The translations under genes and the position numbers were made by a program. The notes beneath the pieces were generated by a model. The model was not told the DNA's origin. It did no database searches and saw only the letters and a list, made by a program, of their open reading frames with translations. A stretch of 63,646 nt of DNA, counting the filler, from Chrysochromulina tobinii (lineage: Eukaryota), in assembly GCA_001275005.1 (NCBI GenBank). It is 8 parts of 8 records of this genome, joined end to end, with 100 filler letters (N's around TTAATTAATTAA, not from the genome) between each part and the next. Parts side by side here need not be neighbours in the genome. Positions count along the whole stretch, not along the records: positions 57,097 to 60,829 come from JWZX01000652.1; positions 60,930 to 63,646 come from JWZX01000665.1; 6 more parts are not named here. One strand, 5' to 3'. Numbering within the stretch: position 1 is the first letter of the stretch; the number at the start of each line of letters is the position of its first letter. Of this stretch, positions 60,201 through 63,646 are shown one piece after another.

Positions 60201-60759
60201 CTCTGATGACCTCTGATGGCCTCTGATGACCTCTTGATCGCCTCCTTCATCAGGTTCGCGAGCTCGTTGGGCTGCGCCGCGAGCTGCTGCCGAGCCTCCA
60301 AGCGCTCATCGAGGGTTCGTCAGGTGAGCACCGCGGATTGCAGCCACTGATTGCGATGGATTGCGACTGATGAGCTGCTGAGCCTCCAAAGCGCGCCTCG
60401 AGGGTTCGTCAGTCTCTCTCGCGCAGCTCGCACTCGAGATGCTGAGTGCGATGGCCATCACGCTCCACAAGTACCTCGAAAGCGTCGCGTCCGTGGATGA
60501 GCACGCCATTGCGCTGCGGGAGCGCCTCGCTACCAAGCGACTCGAGGCGGAGGCTGCCAAGGACGACCTGTGGCTCACGAGCACCAAGCTCTCCAAGCTG
60601 CAGGAGGAGAATAAGGTGATCAACAAGGAGATCAAGGAGGCGTCCAAGGAGCTGCGTTACCACGAGACGGCCAAGGAGAGGCTCGGTGCCGAGCTTCGTC
60701 AACTTGCCGAGCTGCGCATCGGCCTGCCGCGCGTGATGAGCCTGCGTGGCGGCAGCAGC

Positions 60760-60790
<31 letters not shown>

Positions 60791-60829
60791 GCAGCAGCAG
60801 CGGCGGCGGCAGCGGCGGCAACGGTGGCG
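57295..60829 (+). CDS. Cohesin subunit SCC3/STAG-like, partial, many introns (57358-57445, 57623-57768, 57892-57971, 58212-58293, 58459-58575, 58889-58965, 59096-59295, 59600-59784, 60181-60253, 60324-60412)
   Basis: DKHLKYMGWQLSD..|VRLASLQALGLVY..FTERFETRLLSMFKDVDDSVAVEAIRLV matches the STAG motif YLKYxGWxLxD..VRL..FTxRFxxRxxxM..VAVEAI. Confidence 0.82.
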
Positions 60830-60929
60830 NNNNNNNNNNNNNNNNNNNNNNNNNNNNNNNNNNNNNNNNNNNNTTAATTAATTAANNNNNNNNNNNNNNN
60901 NNNNNNNNNNNNNNNNNNNNNNNNNNNNN

Positions 60930-61590
60930 GCCGCGCTCGCTGACGCTGCGCTCGCTGCTGCTGTGCCCGCTGCGCTCGCTGCTGCTGTGCTCGCTGCTGC
61001 TGTGCTCGCAGATGCTGCTCGCGCCACCGCTGCGCTCGCCGCTGCTCTGCTCGCGCCACCGCTGTGCTCGCGCCGCTGCTCTGCTCGCGCCACCGCTGTG
61101 CTTGCGCCGCTGCTCTGCTCGCGCCACCGCTGCGCTCGCCGCTGCCGCTGCGCTGGCACCACCGCTGCGCTCTCCGCTGCTGCTGCGCTCGCGCCGCCGC
61201 TGCGCTCTCCGCTGCTCTGCTCGCTGCGCTCGCGCCACCGCTGCGCTTGCCGCTGCCGCTGCGCTCGCACCGCTGCGCTCTCCTCTGCTGCTGCGCTCGC
61301 GCCACCGCTGCGCTCGCACCGCAGCTGCTGTGCTCTCGCGCCGCTGCTGTGCTCTCGCGCTGCTGTGCTCTCGCGCCGCCGATCACGCCGCTGCTGTGCT
61401 CGGGCCGCCGCTGCTCTGCTGGCACCACCGCTGTGATCGCGCCGCTGCTGTGCTCGCACCGCCGCTGTGCTCGCGCCGCCGCTGCTCTGCTCGCACCGTT
61501 GCTGTTCTTGCGCCACTGCTGTGCTCGCGGTGCTGCTGTGCTAGCGCCGCTGCTGCGCTCGCCGCTGCTGGGCTCACCGCTGCTGCTTGC
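60930..61590. repeat. Low-complexity A-poor satellite (GCTCGC/GCCGCTGC units)
   Basis: Degenerate tandem cgccaccgctgcgctcg/ctgctctgct units; produces spurious ORFs in all frames. Confidence 0.85.
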
Positions 61591-61635
61591 ACGTTCTCTT
61601 GACTCACAGGGAGCAGCTCCGATGACTCGGACAAG

Positions 61636-63646
61636 ATGATGGCTGACCTTGTCCGCATGTCGGCATGCCCCTATAAAAGCGAATCTCTCGACCTCTGCTC
61701 AAGTAACTTCTTCATCCATTTGATGGATCTCAAGAGTGTCGAAACGCAGATCACGAAGGTAGTCAAGCAGCGCCAGCATACTCACACACTCTTCCAGCAG
61801 TACAGACTTGTGGCGTGTGGTGGGACAGAGCGTGTGGTCACTGGCTTGAAGCCCTTCTTCTCCGCCTTCCGCAACTATCGTACGGCCATCCTTAGTTGCC
61901 CCCTCGCCCACCCCCCTTCTCATCCCCCTCCTGTGGTGTCTTCCCTGGTCAGGAACAAGGGCAAAAGCGCAAAATGCTGCTGTAAACGCGTTGCTCAATA
62001 CCACGCTGCGATGCGGTGAGGAGATCGCAGGTGCCAGACCTCGTGCAACAAGGACTGTGGATGAGGAGAAAGACCTGCAGACAGCTGCGGACCATGCGGA
62101 GGCTGCCCAGCTTCCTCCCAACACCGAGGAGGAGGTGCCTTGTAATATGTGGGATGCAGCTGAAGACCGTCAGGGTCGAGCAGAAGGAGATGAGCAGCTG
62201 GATGAGCTTGCCACTGCCCTTTCAGGTGCTGACGAGGAGCCAGCTCAATCGTACGGCCTCATGGTGAAAGACGACGCCTTGGCGTATGCCTTGGTCCTTC
62301 TCATGATGGACTCTTGCCCGACCACCGGGCACATTAGCAGCACTATAGTTGCACGGATGACTTGCGATGCAGCTCGCATCAGAGGGCAGCTTGTGGGCTA
62401 CCAGAAATGGACATCAGTCATAACGCAGGTGATCGGCAATGGGAAGCTAGGCTGCGAGGCAGTTCGGCACCGTTTCAAGACAGCGATGTGCAGTTCACGT
62501 GCCATCTTTGACCGCCTTGGTCCAGGCTCCGACAACCTACCATGGCTCGAGCGCAACTTCGTCCCGTATCTGCGACAAATTGCTGCGTGCAATCAAGCCA
62601 CCCAAGCGGGACGGGCTCGGAAGTACAATCTTGTGTTGGCACGCTCGCCATTGCAGTTCAGCCCATCGGACAACCCGAACGATCACAATCAATCCAAGTG
62701 GTCTCCTGTCTTCTGCTTTCCAAGGTCTCCGCATCGCCCCACTCCTGTGGACCTGAGCGATCAATGGGCAGGCACCACGGAAGACTGGCTCAATAGCCTG
62801 TATCACGTTGTGCCAACTCCTCTGCTTGTGGAATGGATCTTGGGCCTTGATGGTGGCACCTTCTGTGCCCTTACGCGCACGAGCCCATCGGGTGCAATGC
62901 CTGATGCTTGGACGCTGGCTGTCCAGGCAGAGACACAGAAACCGTATGAGTATGCTGTCCTCAAGAAGGGCAAGAGTGCTGAGGTCTTTGCTGCGGAGCA
63001 TGACCCGAAGAGTGGATGCCTGACGGATGAGATTGAGCACGCAAAGCGCAAACGATGAGCGGTTTAACCGTCGTCAGTTCAGCCTCACCAGGTCTCCTCG
63101 AGAGAAGCCAACACTCGATGCACCACAGACTGGGCCCCAGCGTGGTGGCACACGACAAGCAGCAGAGTTGAGAGCCCTCGCCCAAGACCAGGATCCACAA
63201 CTGCGAGCTGCTCGTGGAGCTATATTCACGGAAGGCATCTCGGATGATGATGACGAACGAGCGCAGCCACAGTTCCAGACACGCATTGAGTATGAGGACC
63301 AGGACTTTAACAATCTTCCAACACCATTCAACCCTGATTCGTTCCGCCCACCACCGAGCTTCACAAAGTCCAAGACGTACGAGACTGACGTGGTCATACG
63401 TGTGCCTGTCAAGTGGTCACAGAATCGTACGCAGACGCGAGCTCTGATTGCGCCACATGAGCCCCCACTGTCACCTTCATCATGTCCTTCCCCTGTATGA
63501 CTGAATGTGCTGCTTCGAGCTCTCAGGTACCGTGGAAGGCATCCTTGGAGAAAATGATGGAGAGCTCCTTAAGCAGTTCACATTTTGCGCCCTGCACATC
63601 CAAATGCGTATTGTTGAATGGATTGGCAACCGCACTCTTGCTGATG
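61636..63646 (+). mobile_element. Lower-GC ORF region (61636-62019, 61991-63058, 63027-end), possibly transposon-derived
   Basis: Codon usage is visibly less GC3-biased than the host genes; overlapping broken ORFs; terminal FCALHIQMRIVE resembles the xLHxxxR motif of Transib/RAG1-like transposases. Confidence 0.3.

Noticed and set aside
60874..61658. Ala/Arg/Ser-rich ORFs in all frames
   Set aside because: Translations of a stop-free satellite.

Overview
High-GC eukaryotic genomic DNA. The style suggests a haptophyte-like microalga such as Chrysochromulina, but this is inference and was not verified. The window is eight unrelated contigs joined by artificial N-TTAATTAATTAA-N linkers, so adjacency across gaps means nothing. 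About 25 protein genes are recognisable, including DnaJ/Hsp40, EB1, a GT77-like and a GT47 glycosyltransferase, a methyltransferase, an ankyrin protein, an FAD monooxygenase, an ABCA transporter, a filamin-repeat protein, a 2-hydroxyacid dehydrogenase, FUN14, ERH, an SLC35B transporter, an Argonaute 5' fragment and SCC3/STAG. The strongest signal is non-coding. Many introns share one build: a local duplication of the exon boundary, a TGA-containing 10-11-mer array, and one of two conserved acceptor cassettes (A: GATTGCCTCCCTCATCAG; B: GCATGCAAGTGCTCACCACGGCGC..CCCCACAG). The units are often 70-80 nt and stack head-to-tail at AG|GT junctions with no exon between them, which suggests an active intron-generating and recursive-splicing system. 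The second theme is receptor-like repeat proteins with hypervariable positions: a SKP1-F-box-BspA LRR fusion, a myristoylated HET-ARM protein, and an RCC1 propeller fused to a bacterial-type domain. All exon boundaries and domain calls were made by eye.
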